Notes: generated from the letters alone by a model not told the origin. Numbered from the stretch's first letter, positions 25,028-35,411 are shown. The stretch is DNA of 42,795 bases from a virus (IMGVR_UViG_3300049924_000195:1-42795), one strand, 5' to 3'. Program-made: numbers and translations.

Positions 25028-26250
25028 CAGCCGGTGAGCCTCACTGCCAACTCAGGGTAGATCGTCTTGACGCCATAGAGGATGTCGAGACGGATGATCT
25101 CGCGGTCGAGGTCGATATCGTAATCCTTGACCACGCGCACCGACAGGTTGTCGGCGCTCTCACGCGCCTTCCAGGCGGCACCGTCCGGCAGGTCCATGTC
25201 CGACATCACCAGCGCGAACGCATTGCGATGGAAACACAGGTTCTGCGGGTATGCGGTCGACGCCGTGCCGGTCAGGATGGTCAGCGCAGCGTTGTCAGCA
25301 GGCGCTGCCGAGACGTTCTGGTAGGGGCCGGAGACCACGATCGCAGGCGAGATCGAAAGCGTCGCGTTGCCGGCACCATCAGAGGACACGTTGGCCAGCA
25401 CCGTGAACGGCTTAAGATAGGTGTAGGTCTGATAGGTCTTCGGGTTGACGGCGAACACGCCGGCAATCGTGAACACATCACCGGCGTTGAGACGGGCAGC
25501 GGCAGCCGCCGTCCAGCCGTCGGTGATCAGGCTCTGTGAGTTGACCTGCGGTGTCGAGGTCGACACCTGGCCCGCGCCGTTGACCAGCGGCGTGCCGCCG
25601 AGCGGGCCGACGGTGTGATTGACCACCGACTGCGCCTCGTAGGTTTCAAGGCCGGCGTATCTGCCGATCTTGACGTTTTCGATGGCGCGCAGCTGCTTGG
25701 TCGGCTGGAACTGCAGCTTCATGTCGTTGGCGATCTGTAGCGCCGCCGAGGGCGTCAGCGCAGCATTGAGCGTATCGCCCATCGGGGTTGCATTCTCGAC
25801 CAGGCGCTGGCGGGCAGCACCCAACTGCAGGAAGTTCGACGGCGTGGTGCCCGGCGTGCCGACGTGATTGGGTACCGAGAAATAGAGCCCCATCAGCGAG
25901 CTTTCGACCTGCTGCGCGAGCTCGATCATCGCTGGCTGGATGTAGCGCTCGGAGTATTTCTCGACGGTCAGGGTCAGATCGGAGGATAGGAAATCCCACG
26001 ATACATGCCGCTGAGTATCGATTACCACCGGCACTGTGCCCTCGAGCACGTCACTCGATACGCGCGTCGCGCCGGTCGACGACTTGAACTTGACCGGCTT
26101 GCGGATCGAGATCGTCGAGCCGACCTTATTGAACTCTTTCGAGTAGTCGCGATGGACCAGCTGGCCCATGACGAGGTTGTTTTTGAGCTGGAACAGCGCC
26201 TCTTTGGCGATGATGCTCGGGTTGATAACGGTATTCGTCGAGGTAGGCAT
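25027..26250 (-). CDS. Major capsid protein, P22 gp5 family
   Basis: KVGSTISIRKP, ERYIQPAM, LNAGDVFTIAGVFAVNP, RLDILYG. Confidence 0.95.
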   Translation of the reverse strand: MPTSTNTVINPSIIAKEALFQLKNNLVMGQLVHRDYSKEFNKVGSTISIRKPVKFKSSTGATRVSSDVLEGTVPVVIDTQRHVSWDFLSSDLTLTVEKYSERYIQPAMIELAQQVESSLMGLYFSVPNHVGTPGTTPSNFLQLGAARQRLVENATPMGDTLNAALTPSAALQIANDMKLQFQPTKQLRAIENVKIGRYAGLETYEAQSVVNHTVGPLGGTPLVNGAGQVSTSTPQVNSQSLITDGWTAAAAARLNAGDVFTIAGVFAVNPKTYQTYTYLKPFTVLANVSSDGAGNATLSISPAIVVSGPYQNVSAAPADNAALTILTGTASTAYPQNLCFHRNAFALVMSDMDLPDGAAWKARESADNLSVRVVKDYDIDLDREIIRLDILYGVKTIYPELAVRLTG

Positions 26251-26268
26251 TCGATTATCCTTTGGGGG

Positions 26269-27084
26269 TTACCCCTGCGCCGCTTTCATCTGTGCGAAGC
26301 GGGCTTTCTCGTAGTCGGCGAAACTGGCAGTTGCCAGATCGACGGCCTGCGAGCCCGACCCGCCGGACACGGTTTGAACCGGGGCTGGAGCTTGTGAGAG
26401 ACGGTTGCGTGTGGGTGCTGAAACGCGAGACTCGATGCGGGCGATCTCCGCACCCTGATAGGCAAGAGGCAGTCGGGCGATGCGCTGCGCCTCGAGCGGG
26501 TTCTTTGCCAGGTAGTAGGCGATCTCAACCGATTTATCGCTGTCGGCGATGTGGTCGGCGGCGATGTCGCTGACTGGCAAAGTTGCGAACGTCTGCAACG
26601 CGCTTTCGATATCCGGGATGCGCTCGCGGGCGGCTTCGACCTTGGCAACGAACGTCGCCTGTCGGATTTCGGCTGCCTGGCCTTGCGCCGACTTGACCGC
26701 GTCGACCGTCTGTTCGTAGCGCTCGGCCTTGACGGCGCGGCGCATGTCATGACTGGTCTGGGCGGCGTAGTCGGACGGATCGATATTGCTCGGCGCATCC
26801 AATTGCTGGCGCAACTGCTCGGCCTGGCGCCTCAGCGATTCAACCTCACGCGCAACCTGGTGTTTGGTTGCGGTCAGTTGTCCGATCTGCGCCTGGATTT
26901 GCTCGGTGCGTTTGGCAAAGCGGCCCGTACTTGGATCGCGGGCGGGCTCTGCCGTGTCACTGCCTTCTGCTGCCGGCGTTGCCGCCGGGTCTTGGCGCTG
27001 CGTTGCGGCCGCAGGCGTCGCCGTCGTTTCAGTCACAGGCAAAGTTGCGTCGGCCACGGCCGGCGTGGTGGTGGTCTCAGACAT
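26269..27084 (-). CDS. Scaffolding protein
   Basis: Coiled coil, IAYYLAKNP, SQAPAPV; immediately upstream of coat. Confidence 0.85.
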   Translation of the reverse strand: MSETTTTPAVADATLPVTETTATPAAATQRQDPAATPAAEGSDTAEPARDPSTGRFAKRTEQIQAQIGQLTATKHQVAREVESLRRQAEQLRQQLDAPSNIDPSDYAAQTSHDMRRAVKAERYEQTVDAVKSAQGQAAEIRQATFVAKVEAARERIPDIESALQTFATLPVSDIAADHIADSDKSVEIAYYLAKNPLEAQRIARLPLAYQGAEIARIESRVSAPTRNRLSQAPAPVQTVSGGSGSQAVDLATASFADYEKARFAQMKAAQG

Positions 27085-27133
27085 GCTCAGGGGTTCCTTG
27101 CGAGGCTCGCGGCCTCGATTTTCTTACGCGCAC

Positions 27134-27982
27134 TCAGGCGGCGAGTAGCAGAAGCGCGAGCCGGGTATTGAAATCGGCCTCGTCTTCGGCAATCGCCGCA
27201 AGTTCGTCCTGCCGCTGGCGCTCGACAATGAGCAGCCGGGCAAATTCCGTCTTGGCCGCGATCAGCGCCGCATGCGCCGTCGTGACCTCGGCCGCAGCGG
27301 CGCTGGCCTCGCGCCATGCCGCTGTGAGCGCTGCTGTCTCGGCGTCGGAGCGCCGCCGCAGCGCCAGCACACGGGCATCTGCCGCACGTTTGGCAGCTTC
27401 CGCCGCCTTCGATGCGGTTTCGGCGTGCTCGGCTGCGATCCGGGCCGCTTCCCGGTCCTCGTCGGAGCGCTCGTGCTCTTCGCGGGACCACGGCAGAAAG
27501 ACGTGGTGCTTGCGCTCGGCTTCAGAGCGGGCGTGTGGGCCGCCGCCGCCGCGCTGTTCCTCGACGACTCCGACGAATTCGAGGACGAACGCCGCAACGT
27601 CGGCAGCTTCGGTCGCCGCCAGATCGAACGCCGGCGTCGCGGCAAGCGACACGTCGAAAGCGGCAACGTCCGCCCCTTCAGTGGCGGCGAGGTTGAAGTT
27701 GACCGCCGCGAGGTCGGCAGTAAATGACGCAACATCCGCCGCTTCTGTAACCGCGAGGCGGAAACCCTCTTGGATGCTGAACGAGACGACGTCAGGCTGC
27801 TCCGTAGCAGCCAACACTAAGCCTTCCTGGACCGAAAACGCTACGCTATCGGCAGTCTCGGTGGCGGCCAGCACAAAGGCCGGTACCGCCGCGCCCGCAA
27901 CCACCGTCGGATCAACAAGCTTGCCGTCGTCGCGGTCGGCGTAGGGCGGAACCGGATAGAGCCAGCCCGTCGTCGAAGTCAT
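27134..27982 (-). CDS. Repeat-containing putative virion appendage protein
   Basis: Five LAATExADVxxF repeats, GGGG hinge, coiled coil, hydrophobic LLLLAA end. Confidence 0.7.
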   Translation of the reverse strand: MTSTTGWLYPVPPYADRDDGKLVDPTVVAGAAVPAFVLAATETADSVAFSVQEGLVLAATEQPDVVSFSIQEGFRLAVTEAADVASFTADLAAVNFNLAATEGADVAAFDVSLAATPAFDLAATEAADVAAFVLEFVGVVEEQRGGGGPHARSEAERKHHVFLPWSREEHERSDEDREAARIAAEHAETASKAAEAAKRAADARVLALRRRSDAETAALTAAWREASAAAAEVTTAHAALIAAKTEFARLLIVERQRQDELAAIAEDEADFNTRLALLLLAA

Positions 27983-28363
27983 CTAGACCGGGTCCGCCGC
28001 TATGGTGTTGACGGATGTGCCCGCCACATCAGGCGAGCCGGCTTTGTAGTAGACGTAGTAGAAGAACCCGGCATTGGTGCCGACGTTGAACGAGAAGTTG
28101 CCGGAGCCGTCGGAAGTCGTCTGCGCAATCTTGATGTCGGTCGCGGCTTCAAACAGTTTCACCACGCAGTTGCCGAGCGCAACGTCGGACGCATCCTTGG
28201 TGATGCCGACCAGCCGGAACGAGCCGTAGAACTTCGGCGAGGTGAACCCCGATCCACCGCCATAGCCGGGCGTCCCCTGCCACAGCCCGCGCGGGTTGAA
28301 CCGGCGCTGCATGACCCTCAGCGGTATGCGCCCACGCGGATATTGGGCGGTGCCGCCTGGCAT
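27983..28363 (-). CDS. Prealbumin/carboxypeptidase-regulatory-like beta-sandwich protein
   Basis: GITKDASDVALGNCVVKLF..TTSDGSGNFSF; TAATG coupling. Confidence 0.65.
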   Translation of the reverse strand: MPGGTAQYPRGRIPLRVMQRRFNPRGLWQGTPGYGGGSGFTSPKFYGSFRLVGITKDASDVALGNCVVKLFEAATDIKIAQTTSDGSGNFSFNVGTNAGFFYYVYYKAGSPDVAGTSVNTIAADPV

Positions 28364-28845
28364 TACAGCAAGCCCCCCATGCCCCAGATCGCCATATCGG
28401 TACCGTCGAGCGTGATCTGACTGATTTGGCTGGTGGTTGCCCACAATCCAGCGCCCACAATGATGTCAGGTGCGGTTGCGGCAGCCTCGGACAAATCAGA
28501 GCCGGTCCATGTAATGCCGTGGGCGCGGCCGTTGACGTTGCCGATTTTGAAGGCAAGTAGGGCTCTAGCCGCCACCGTCGCCGTCTGCGAAACCTTGATG
28601 CCGGCCGCAGCACCAGCCACACCAGTCGTTGCCGCGGCAAAGTTGTTGCTGACCCGATAGGCATAGGCAGTCGTTCCTGTGTCTCCGTTGAACTGCAACT
28701 GAGCAATCGCCGCGCCGCCGTAGCCGGCGATCCTGACCAGCACCAGCAGCCAGTTTTCCGGGTCGAACTTCGGCAGCACCAGCGTGTTGGCCGAGCCGGC
28801 AAGCGTGCCGTAGGCGAGCGGCGTGAGTTTGGAATATCCTGGCAT
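28363..28845 (-). CDS. Putative virion beta protein
   Basis: LQFNGDTGT..Y..W.TTSQISQITL, tail-fibre-tip-like. Confidence 0.65.
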   Translation of the reverse strand: MPGYSKLTPLAYGTLAGSANTLVLPKFDPENWLLVLVRIAGYGGAAIAQLQFNGDTGTTAYAYRVSNNFAAATTGVAGAAAGIKVSQTATVAARALLAFKIGNVNGRAHGITWTGSDLSEAAATAPDIIVGAGLWATTSQISQITLDGTDMAIWGMGGLL

Positions 28846-29420
28846 CAGTTCAAGCTCGCGAACTTGTATTGATGCAGTAGGATCGAGTTAGCGGCGTTGG
28901 CGACAGACCAAGTGGCGAACAGGTCGATGGTCTGCGCAGCCGTCGAGTCAAAGCCGGTGCCGACTGCCGGCGCCGACTGCGGCATCATGATCGACTTGGC
29001 TTCGCCGGCAACCGTGGTCGCGCCGGCCGCTTCCGAGGAAAACGTTCCCTGGTGCATCAGGTTCGACGTGGTGCCCGATCCGATGGCACGGCAGGTCAGT
29101 ATCCAGTCGAGCCACCATGAAACGTTGGTCTTGGCCGTGGTCGACAGCACCATGGCGCCGCCGTTGGCGGCAATCACCGCACCGAGCCTGATATCAAGGG
29201 TGAGCGTGCCGGGCGTCGTCACGACCGTCGAGATGCGGCCGGCGGCAAACACCCGGATCATACGGCCGACATAGAAGAAGTTGGCGGGCAGCGTGATCTT
29301 GGCTTGGCTGGCGCCGGTGCCAGTGCCACCAATGATCGATGTCGGCGTGGTCGTATTGGTGACCGCCGCGCCGTCGACGTTGGTATTGATCAGCGTCTCT
29401 TGCCAGGTCTGCAATGACAT
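28845..29420 (-). CDS. Putative virion beta protein
   Basis: Thr/Gly/Ala-rich; ITLPANFFYVG, DSTAAQTID. Confidence 0.7.
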   Translation of the reverse strand: MSLQTWQETLINTNVDGAAVTNTTTPTSIIGGTGTGASQAKITLPANFFYVGRMIRVFAAGRISTVVTTPGTLTLDIRLGAVIAANGGAMVLSTTAKTNVSWWLDWILTCRAIGSGTTSNLMHQGTFSSEAAGATTVAGEAKSIMMPQSAPAVGTGFDSTAAQTIDLFATWSVANAANSILLHQYKFASLN

Positions 29421-29430
29421 TGGTTAGTCC

Positions 29431-29808
29431 TTAAGCCGCGTGCACGATGGTGCCGGAATTCAGATTGTACGGGTTGCCCGAGGTAATCGAGGTCGAGCTG
29501 ATAATGATGTCGGTGCCGCTGGTTCCCACCGTCAGGTTGTTGACCACGACCGCGCCGCCACTTTCCTTGATGCGCGCCACCGCCGCCGTGCCGGTGTTGC
29601 CGGCGTTGGCCGTTTTCGGCACGCCGGCAAGGGTCAGCGTATCGGTCGCGACCGTCGAGGCCGGATCGGACAGCGTGAACGTCACCAGCACCGCCGCGAA
29701 CGCCGCCGTGCAGATCTCCAGCGTCGCCGCGCCTGCACCGCTGTCGATATCGTCGCGCACCGCCTGCATGCGGGTGGTTTTGAGCGATGTGCGGTAGTTG
29801 ACGGCCAT
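29431..29808 (-). CDS. Putative virion decoration/fibre protein
   Basis: GTAAVARI..VGTSGTDI..STSITSG; coupled to the portal stop. Confidence 0.7.
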   Translation of the reverse strand: MAVNYRTSLKTTRMQAVRDDIDSGAGAATLEICTAAFAAVLVTFTLSDPASTVATDTLTLAGVPKTANAGNTGTAAVARIKESGGAVVVNNLTVGTSGTDIIISSTSITSGNPYNLNSGTIVHAA

Positions 29809-32135
29809 CAGCCCCGGCCTTTCGGCTTGCCGGTCTCAACACCCACCGGCTTGCCGCTCGCATCCATGACGATCCGCTTCGGCGCCGTCATCGCATCAAT
29901 CAGCCCCTGCACCATCGCGCTGGCGTCTACCCCCTTGGCCTCGGCCGGCTCGTTCTCGCCCTTATCCTCAGCAGCGCTTTCCTTTTCCGATCGCGCCACT
30001 TCCATGTTGTGCCGCAGCGCCTCGATCTCGCTCGATTGCCGGGCGTGGCCGATGGCGTCCTGCGTCTTGGTCAGATCAGCCCGCGCCTTGTGCACGGCGA
30101 GCGCCTTCAATTCGACTTCCATCTCGGCAATCGCTCGCTCCGCTTCGGTCGGTGGCGGCGGCAGCGCCGGCCCTTCATCCTGCGGGTGCATGATCTCGGT
30201 CATCGTCTTCTGCGCGTCGGCTATCGCCTTTCGCGCCTGCGCCTGCTTCAGACCGACGTCGGCGGCGATCACCGGATCGTCTAGCGGGTTCGGCGGCGGT
30301 GGCGGCGGGCCGTCGGGGTCGTGCAGCGCCTGCGGCGGCAGCATCGATTTGAGCCGCTTGGCCGCTTCCTCGCCCTCGGGGATGTCCATGTTGCGGATGG
30401 CGATGTCGGCTAGCACGATCGCCTGCTCCGGCGGCAGCTTGCCCATCAGCTCGATCATCGCATCGGCCGCCTCGAGGCGCTTGGTGGCGTAGTTCGGGCC
30501 GACGGTCACGCGGATATCGTAGCGCCCCACCGACAGGTCATTGAGCAGCACCGGCCGGCCGTCCTGGCCCATTACCTCGTGATTGATCGGCACGAATTGC
30601 TCGTCGCCGCTCTCACTCATCAGGCGGGCGACGCGTTGGTTGTCGTAAATCTTCGGAATCAGGTCGATCATGATCCGGCCGCACTGCTCGAGCGAGCGCA
30701 CCAGGTTATCCTGGTAGTGGAAGTTCGCGGTGTCGCCCTGCTCATCGCGCCGCTTGATCGCGATGCCCGACGTTTCGTTGCTCTTGGCGCCGAGCGACGC
30801 ATCGTAAATGCCGGTCGTCGCCTTGATGTCGTCGGTTGCAACCTGCGCCTCTTGCCACAGCGCCTGCGGTGGTTCGGGCGCTGCGATCCGCTCCGGCTTG
30901 TTGCCCGGCGCCTTCTCATCCGGCTCATAGCGCAGATAGGGTCGGTTCTTGGAATTCAGCGTGTCCCAATCGCCCTTGTGCTTGCCGATCATCTTATCGG
31001 TGACGAGGTAGGGCGACTTCGGCGACAGCGCGATGTGCTCCGCCGCCGCCGAACGGTAGAAATTATAAAGCTGCTGCGGGTCGCGTGCGTGGCGCACCAG
31101 GCCGTGCCGGATAATCGAGCGCTCCAGCGGCACTTCATCGCCGACCACTGCCACGATCGGGATGTACTTGCCCGGCCACCGGCGCGGGCCGTCGAGCACT
31201 TCCTGGCCGGTCACTAGCGACTGCTCAATACAATACCCCTTGGCCTGCCGGCGCTGGACGATCGGACCAGCCTGCATCTGCAACATGGCAAGCTGCTGCA
31301 TGCCCATGTCGGTGGTATCGACCACCTCGCCCGACTGGAAGCCCGATAGGGTGCGCATGGTCGGCACCTTGCACCAGTATTCGGCGACCAGGATGTAATC
31401 GTTGGTTGCCCAGAACAAGCCGCTGGCGAGCTGCCCGGTGACCGGCGCCGAGACTGACGACTCCATCGCCTGCGGGTATTTGGAGCGGAATGTTTCACGT
31501 GGAAGCTGGTCGACCACGATGCACCACATCGCGTCCGAGCGATCGGGCTCAACAGCCGCCGGGTCCCAATAGACTGACAGCGGGTAGGGGATTTGCTTAA
31601 GTGCGATTTCCTGGTCGAAAGTGTTGTCGTCGACGTAGCGCGTGATTACCCGCCAGTTGCCGATGCCGCAGGCGGTTGCGTGATAGGCCGACTGCGCATA
31701 GACGTGCTTGGCGCTCGAGCGGTACTGGATGTCGTTGATCAGTCCGTCGTAGATTTTGGCGATGATCGGATCGTTCTTGCCGTCAACCGGCGTTACCTTG
31801 AGCACCGGCGCGTTGCGGCGGATGTCGTTGGTTACCTGGTGCAGGAACTGCGGCAGCTTGTTGACCGTCAGCATCGGCCGGTTGACGCGCGCCTGGCGGG
31901 CGAACTCCGGCCACTGGTCGCCGGCCAGGAATTTCAAATCCTGCACCGCGTCCTCGCGATTGGTGCGGTCGTGGCTGTAGGCCTGCGTCAGCCGATCGGC
32001 GCACTCGCGCACCACGTCGCGCGCCTGGGCCGGGTCGGGCCGCGCCTCCATCGCCTCCGGTGGCGCGTGCTCATGCATGGCGCCGCCGCCCGTGGCCATG
32101 GGCCCAGACTGTTGTGCGCCGTAGGGGTCGATCAT
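29808..32135 (-). CDS. Portal protein, P22 gp1 family
   Basis: DLKFLAGDQW, RPMLTVNKL, WPGKYIPIV, ARDPQQLYN, SNETSGIAI, GRYDIRVTVGPNYATKR. Confidence 0.95.
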   Translation of the reverse strand: MIDPYGAQQSGPMATGGGAMHEHAPPEAMEARPDPAQARDVVRECADRLTQAYSHDRTNREDAVQDLKFLAGDQWPEFARQARVNRPMLTVNKLPQFLHQVTNDIRRNAPVLKVTPVDGKNDPIIAKIYDGLINDIQYRSSAKHVYAQSAYHATACGIGNWRVITRYVDDNTFDQEIALKQIPYPLSVYWDPAAVEPDRSDAMWCIVVDQLPRETFRSKYPQAMESSVSAPVTGQLASGLFWATNDYILVAEYWCKVPTMRTLSGFQSGEVVDTTDMGMQQLAMLQMQAGPIVQRRQAKGYCIEQSLVTGQEVLDGPRRWPGKYIPIVAVVGDEVPLERSIIRHGLVRHARDPQQLYNFYRSAAAEHIALSPKSPYLVTDKMIGKHKGDWDTLNSKNRPYLRYEPDEKAPGNKPERIAAPEPPQALWQEAQVATDDIKATTGIYDASLGAKSNETSGIAIKRRDEQGDTANFHYQDNLVRSLEQCGRIMIDLIPKIYDNQRVARLMSESGDEQFVPINHEVMGQDGRPVLLNDLSVGRYDIRVTVGPNYATKRLEAADAMIELMGKLPPEQAIVLADIAIRNMDIPEGEEAAKRLKSMLPPQALHDPDGPPPPPPNPLDDPVIAADVGLKQAQARKAIADAQKTMTEIMHPQDEGPALPPPPTEAERAIAEMEVELKALAVHKARADLTKTQDAIGHARQSSEIEALRHNMEVARSEKESAAEDKGENEPAEAKGVDASAMVQGLIDAMTAPKRIVMDASGKPVGVETGKPKGRG

Positions 32136-32317
32136 CCGGCCTTGGTGGTCCTCGGGATGGTAAACGTGATTTCGACGCGCACCTTGGTCTCATCGGTATC
32201 GATGTCGTAGTCCTGCATCAGCCGGGCGATGCGCACGTCGCGAAGCTCCGGCTTGGCGGTCTTGACCGCCGTCTCGATCTCGTTGCCGATGTCGCGCTTG
32301 TTCAGCCGGCCATCCAT
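32132..32317 (-). CDS. Small hypothetical protein between terminase and portal
   Basis: 61 aa, overlaps both neighbours, GGAG SD. Confidence 0.6.
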   Translation of the reverse strand: MDGRLNKRDIGNEIETAVKTAKPELRDVRIARLMQDYDIDTDETKVRVEITFTIPRTTKAG

Positions 32318-33873
32318 GCTCCCGCCTCCTGGCTCATCGGCCGCTCGCGCTCAACGTAGTCATCCGCCGCGACGATCTCGACAGCATGGGTCAGCGCCGC
32401 CGCGTCGCCCAAATCAGGCGAGAAAGTAAGACGCTCTTTGACGTGTTCCTTCGGCTCAAGAATAAGCTGGCCCGAGGAGTTGAACCGGGTTGCACCTGGC
32501 CCACGAATGATGCTGCACAGGTCCCCCTGCAATTCATCCGAGTCCGGCACCTGTACGCCGGCCGGATCGTCGAGCCATTGCCGCAGGTTGTCCCACATCT
32601 CGGCCCGCCGATTGGCAAAGCTCTGCGTATTGTAGGCACGGGCACCGAAATTCACCCCCTCGATCACATCGCCCATCAGCTCCCTCAGGCGGTCGTAAAG
32701 CCCAGCACCGAGCCCGGTGGTATCGATCACGATCTTGGTCGGGCTCAGCGTCCGCGCGATCCGCTGAATCTCACCGGCCGTCGCCATCAGATCGTGACTG
32801 TCGATGCGCTTGCAGATGTTGCCACCAAGGCGACGCCCCTGCCGGTCGACGATGCCGGTCTTGTCACCACCGCCGCGCGCCGGATCAACACCGAGAATGA
32901 TCGGGCCATAGCCCACGACACTGCTCTTGCGCGCCTTGAGTACGACTTCGGGTGAGATAAACGCATCGGCGCCCGAGGTCTGGAATGCCTCATCCGCATT
33001 GGCCGGGTACTCTTGTTTGAACTGCCAGCACGGCGCGTCGGGCGTCCCGCCGGCAATGACGGCCAAACCCCGGTTCTTGAGCCATGCCCAATAGGTCTGC
33101 TCACGGCGCAGCTTGTAGGCGTCTTCGTAGGTGAGCCAGGCTTCCGGCGGGTTCCAATCACCGGGCGCTGGCGCTTCATATTCCTCGTGCCAGTACCACG
33201 GGATGAAAATCGCCTCGTACTCGCTATCGCCGCGCTGGGCCGCCCTCCACTCGGAGTGAAACACGTTGCCGATGCCGTTGGCGGTCGACTCGAAAATGAC
33301 CTCGGTACCGGGCATGTCGGCGATTGCCTGCCGGATGCCGGCCGCGTGGCTGACCGCATTGGGCCAGAACGCCACTTCGGAGCCGTGGAACAACTGGATC
33401 GTCTGCGACCGGCCGACTTCCGTGCTGCCCGCCGTGGCCACCTTGTAGCCGCTGTCGAGCACACTGAATGACAGCTCTTTGGCGTTGGCGCGGCCGGTCT
33501 GCGGCTTGACCAGCACCGGGCAGTTGTCGTGAAAGCGCTTGGCCATGTCGAACAGGTTCTGGCTAGCGTCGTCGAGATGCGCGAGAATGAATGCCCGCAG
33601 CCCGAATGCATGCGACGTGCGCCAGTAGAGCCGGCCCGAGATGTAGGTCGAGATGCCCACCTGCCGGCCCTTGAGCACCAGTGCGCGAATACGGCCTTTG
33701 CTCTTGAGTTGGGCTTGCAGTCGCTCGTGCAGGTAGCGCTGCGAGGCATTGAGCCGGAACGGGTGGACATCGCCCTTTTTCGTGCGAATGAACAGGCAAC
33801 CGCGTGCGTAGGCTTCGAAGTCGGTCATCAGCCGCTTGCGCAGCTCAAGCTCTAGCTCAGTGGGTCGTGTCAT
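32302..33873 (-). CDS. terL: Terminase large subunit
   Basis: Walker A LKGRQVGIST, FHGSEVAFW, ESTANG, nuclease GVDPARGGGD and SPDLGDA. Confidence 0.95.
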   Translation of the reverse strand: MTRPTELELELRKRLMTDFEAYARGCLFIRTKKGDVHPFRLNASQRYLHERLQAQLKSKGRIRALVLKGRQVGISTYISGRLYWRTSHAFGLRAFILAHLDDASQNLFDMAKRFHDNCPVLVKPQTGRANAKELSFSVLDSGYKVATAGSTEVGRSQTIQLFHGSEVAFWPNAVSHAAGIRQAIADMPGTEVIFESTANGIGNVFHSEWRAAQRGDSEYEAIFIPWYWHEEYEAPAPGDWNPPEAWLTYEDAYKLRREQTYWAWLKNRGLAVIAGGTPDAPCWQFKQEYPANADEAFQTSGADAFISPEVVLKARKSSVVGYGPIILGVDPARGGGDKTGIVDRQGRRLGGNICKRIDSHDLMATAGEIQRIARTLSPTKIVIDTTGLGAGLYDRLRELMGDVIEGVNFGARAYNTQSFANRRAEMWDNLRQWLDDPAGVQVPDSDELQGDLCSIIRGPGATRFNSSGQLILEPKEHVKERLTFSPDLGDAAALTHAVEIVAADDYVERERPMSQEAGAWMAG

Positions 33874-34171
33874 GGTCGCTGGTGGCGGTCACGACGGAGT
33901 ACAATGCGCGCACGCTGTCTTCATGCTCAGTGATGGCGACCTTCGCCTCGACCGCAGCTAAGCGCGGATGGACATAGGGCGCAGCGTCGACAGCCGCCTT
34001 GTAGCGCTGTTCCGGCGGCGCGTTCTCATCACGCAGAATACTCATGATATAGTCGAGCGGGTTGAGGCCTGCAGCCAACGCGCGCTCGGCAGCTTCGAGA
34101 CGACGCCTGGTCGGAGCACTGACTTGCCCCTTCTTGCGGCCCGAGCCCGGTCTTGGTCCACCGTGTCCCAT
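33857..34171 (-). CDS. terS: Terminase small subunit
   Basis: GGPRPGSGRKKG, PLDYIM, AAPYVHPRL; upstream of terL. Confidence 0.8.
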   Translation of the reverse strand: MGHGGPRPGSGRKKGQVSAPTRRRLEAAERALAAGLNPLDYIMSILRDENAPPEQRYKAAVDAAPYVHPRLAAVEAKVAITEHEDSVRALYSVVTATSDHDTTH

Positions 34172-34221
34172 GCAACTTGGTTATTTTGCTTCCAAATCCG
34201 AGTGAACTTGATTCATTTGAT

Positions 34222-34374
34222 TTATCGCAACAGGGCGCACAGGATGCCGATATACGCCACCAGGTCAGGCTTGATGCGCAGCCCCCCGAGGCCAAACGTC
34301 ACCAGGACGACAGCGATGAGGCAGGCGAAGGCAGCGATCTCCAGCACGAGGCTGCGTGTGGCGCGGTCGATCAT
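34222..34374 (-). CDS. 50-aa two-TM membrane protein
   Basis: ATGA coupled; two hydrophobic segments. Confidence 0.55.
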   Translation of the reverse strand: MIDRATRSLVLEIAAFACLIAVVLVTFGLGGLRIKPDLVAYIGILCALLR

Positions 34375-35411
34375 GCGGCGACTGGGCTCCCATGGAGTGC
34401 GGCCTTGACCCGTTCCCATCGATCATCAACGTCTTTCATGATGATGGTTTCGTGGGTTGAACGGGCGGGCTGGGCAACAGGCTGGATGGTCGGGACGCTG
34501 GCGGTTGCCGGCGTGCTGCGGGCGGCGGGGCGAGCGACCTGGGCCGGCGCGGCGCCGAAGAATGCAATATAGAATGCAGTGGTCGGCAAGAACGTGGCGC
34601 CGAGCGCGATCGCGAACCCAATCACCCAATCGGCGACCGTCATCGTGACCTGGTCGGGATTGAGCGCATCCTTGGCCGAGCCGTCACCGAAGGCGAGCAG
34701 GTAGCCCTTCGACACAAAGTCCACTTGTGCTTTTACCGTCGAATGACCGATCTTGGTGGCCGGCGCCGCCTCCACCTTGCGATCGAGAATGCGTTGGGTT
34801 GCCTCAATGCGCTTGGCGAGGTCGTCGGTGCGCTCAAGCGTGGCAATCCGCTCCTCAAGCGAGCCTTTCTGCTTCATCAGCTCAAGGCACTTGGTCTTGC
34901 AGCCCTTGCGCGCGGCTTCGAGGTCGATCGCTTTCTGAGCGCTTTCGAGCTGGGCACGCAGGCCGGTGGCGGTGACGGTGGCAGCCCAAGCGTTCTGGCT
35001 CTTGAGATCCGCGAGTTGCTTGCGCCACATGTCGAGGTTGGATTTCTCCGAGATCATGTTCTCCTGGACGGCATTGTAAGCGACCGTCTGAGCACCGCTC
35101 TCGACCATCTGCTTATCGCGCATGCCGATGGTGTAGCCGAGGTCGGCGAACAATTCCAAGCCGATCAGGAAGCAGCCGACGACCGCCAGCGCGCCCTGGC
35201 CGAACCGGCCGACGCCCATTTCAGTGATCATCCGCTTTGCGGGGAACAGGAACGCAGCGGCGAGCGTCACAGTCACCAGGCCGACGCCGTGGATAAAGCT
35301 GAACGAGTTCCCGAATTTCCAGGTCATCACGCACGACACAAGCAGCGCAACGCAGCCGATGCCGAGAAAGATTTTCTTGATCGTGTGGAAGTCAGCAGCG
35401 GGGATGGTCAT
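34371..35411 (-). CDS. Multi-pass membrane protein with long coiled-coil loop
   Basis: Three N-terminal TMs, coiled coil with CKTKC, a fourth TM; start MTIPAAD after GGGAG. Confidence 0.75.
   Translation of the reverse strand: MTIPAADFHTIKKIFLGIGCVALLVSCVMTWKFGNSFSFIHGVGLVTVTLAAAFLFPAKRMITEMGVGRFGQGALAVVGCFLIGLELFADLGYTIGMRDKQMVESGAQTVAYNAVQENMISEKSNLDMWRKQLADLKSQNAWAATVTATGLRAQLESAQKAIDLEAARKGCKTKCLELMKQKGSLEERIATLERTDDLAKRIEATQRILDRKVEAAPATKIGHSTVKAQVDFVSKGYLLAFGDGSAKDALNPDQVTMTVADWVIGFAIALGATFLPTTAFYIAFFGAAPAQVARPAARSTPATASVPTIQPVAQPARSTHETIIMKDVDDRWERVKAALHGSPVAA

Noticed and set aside
16066-30492. Long plus-strand ORFs (e.g. 16066-17163, 23467-24420, 26868-27944, 29440-30492)
   Set aside because: Antisense shadows of well-supported minus-strand structural genes in high-GC DNA, with no recognisable motifs
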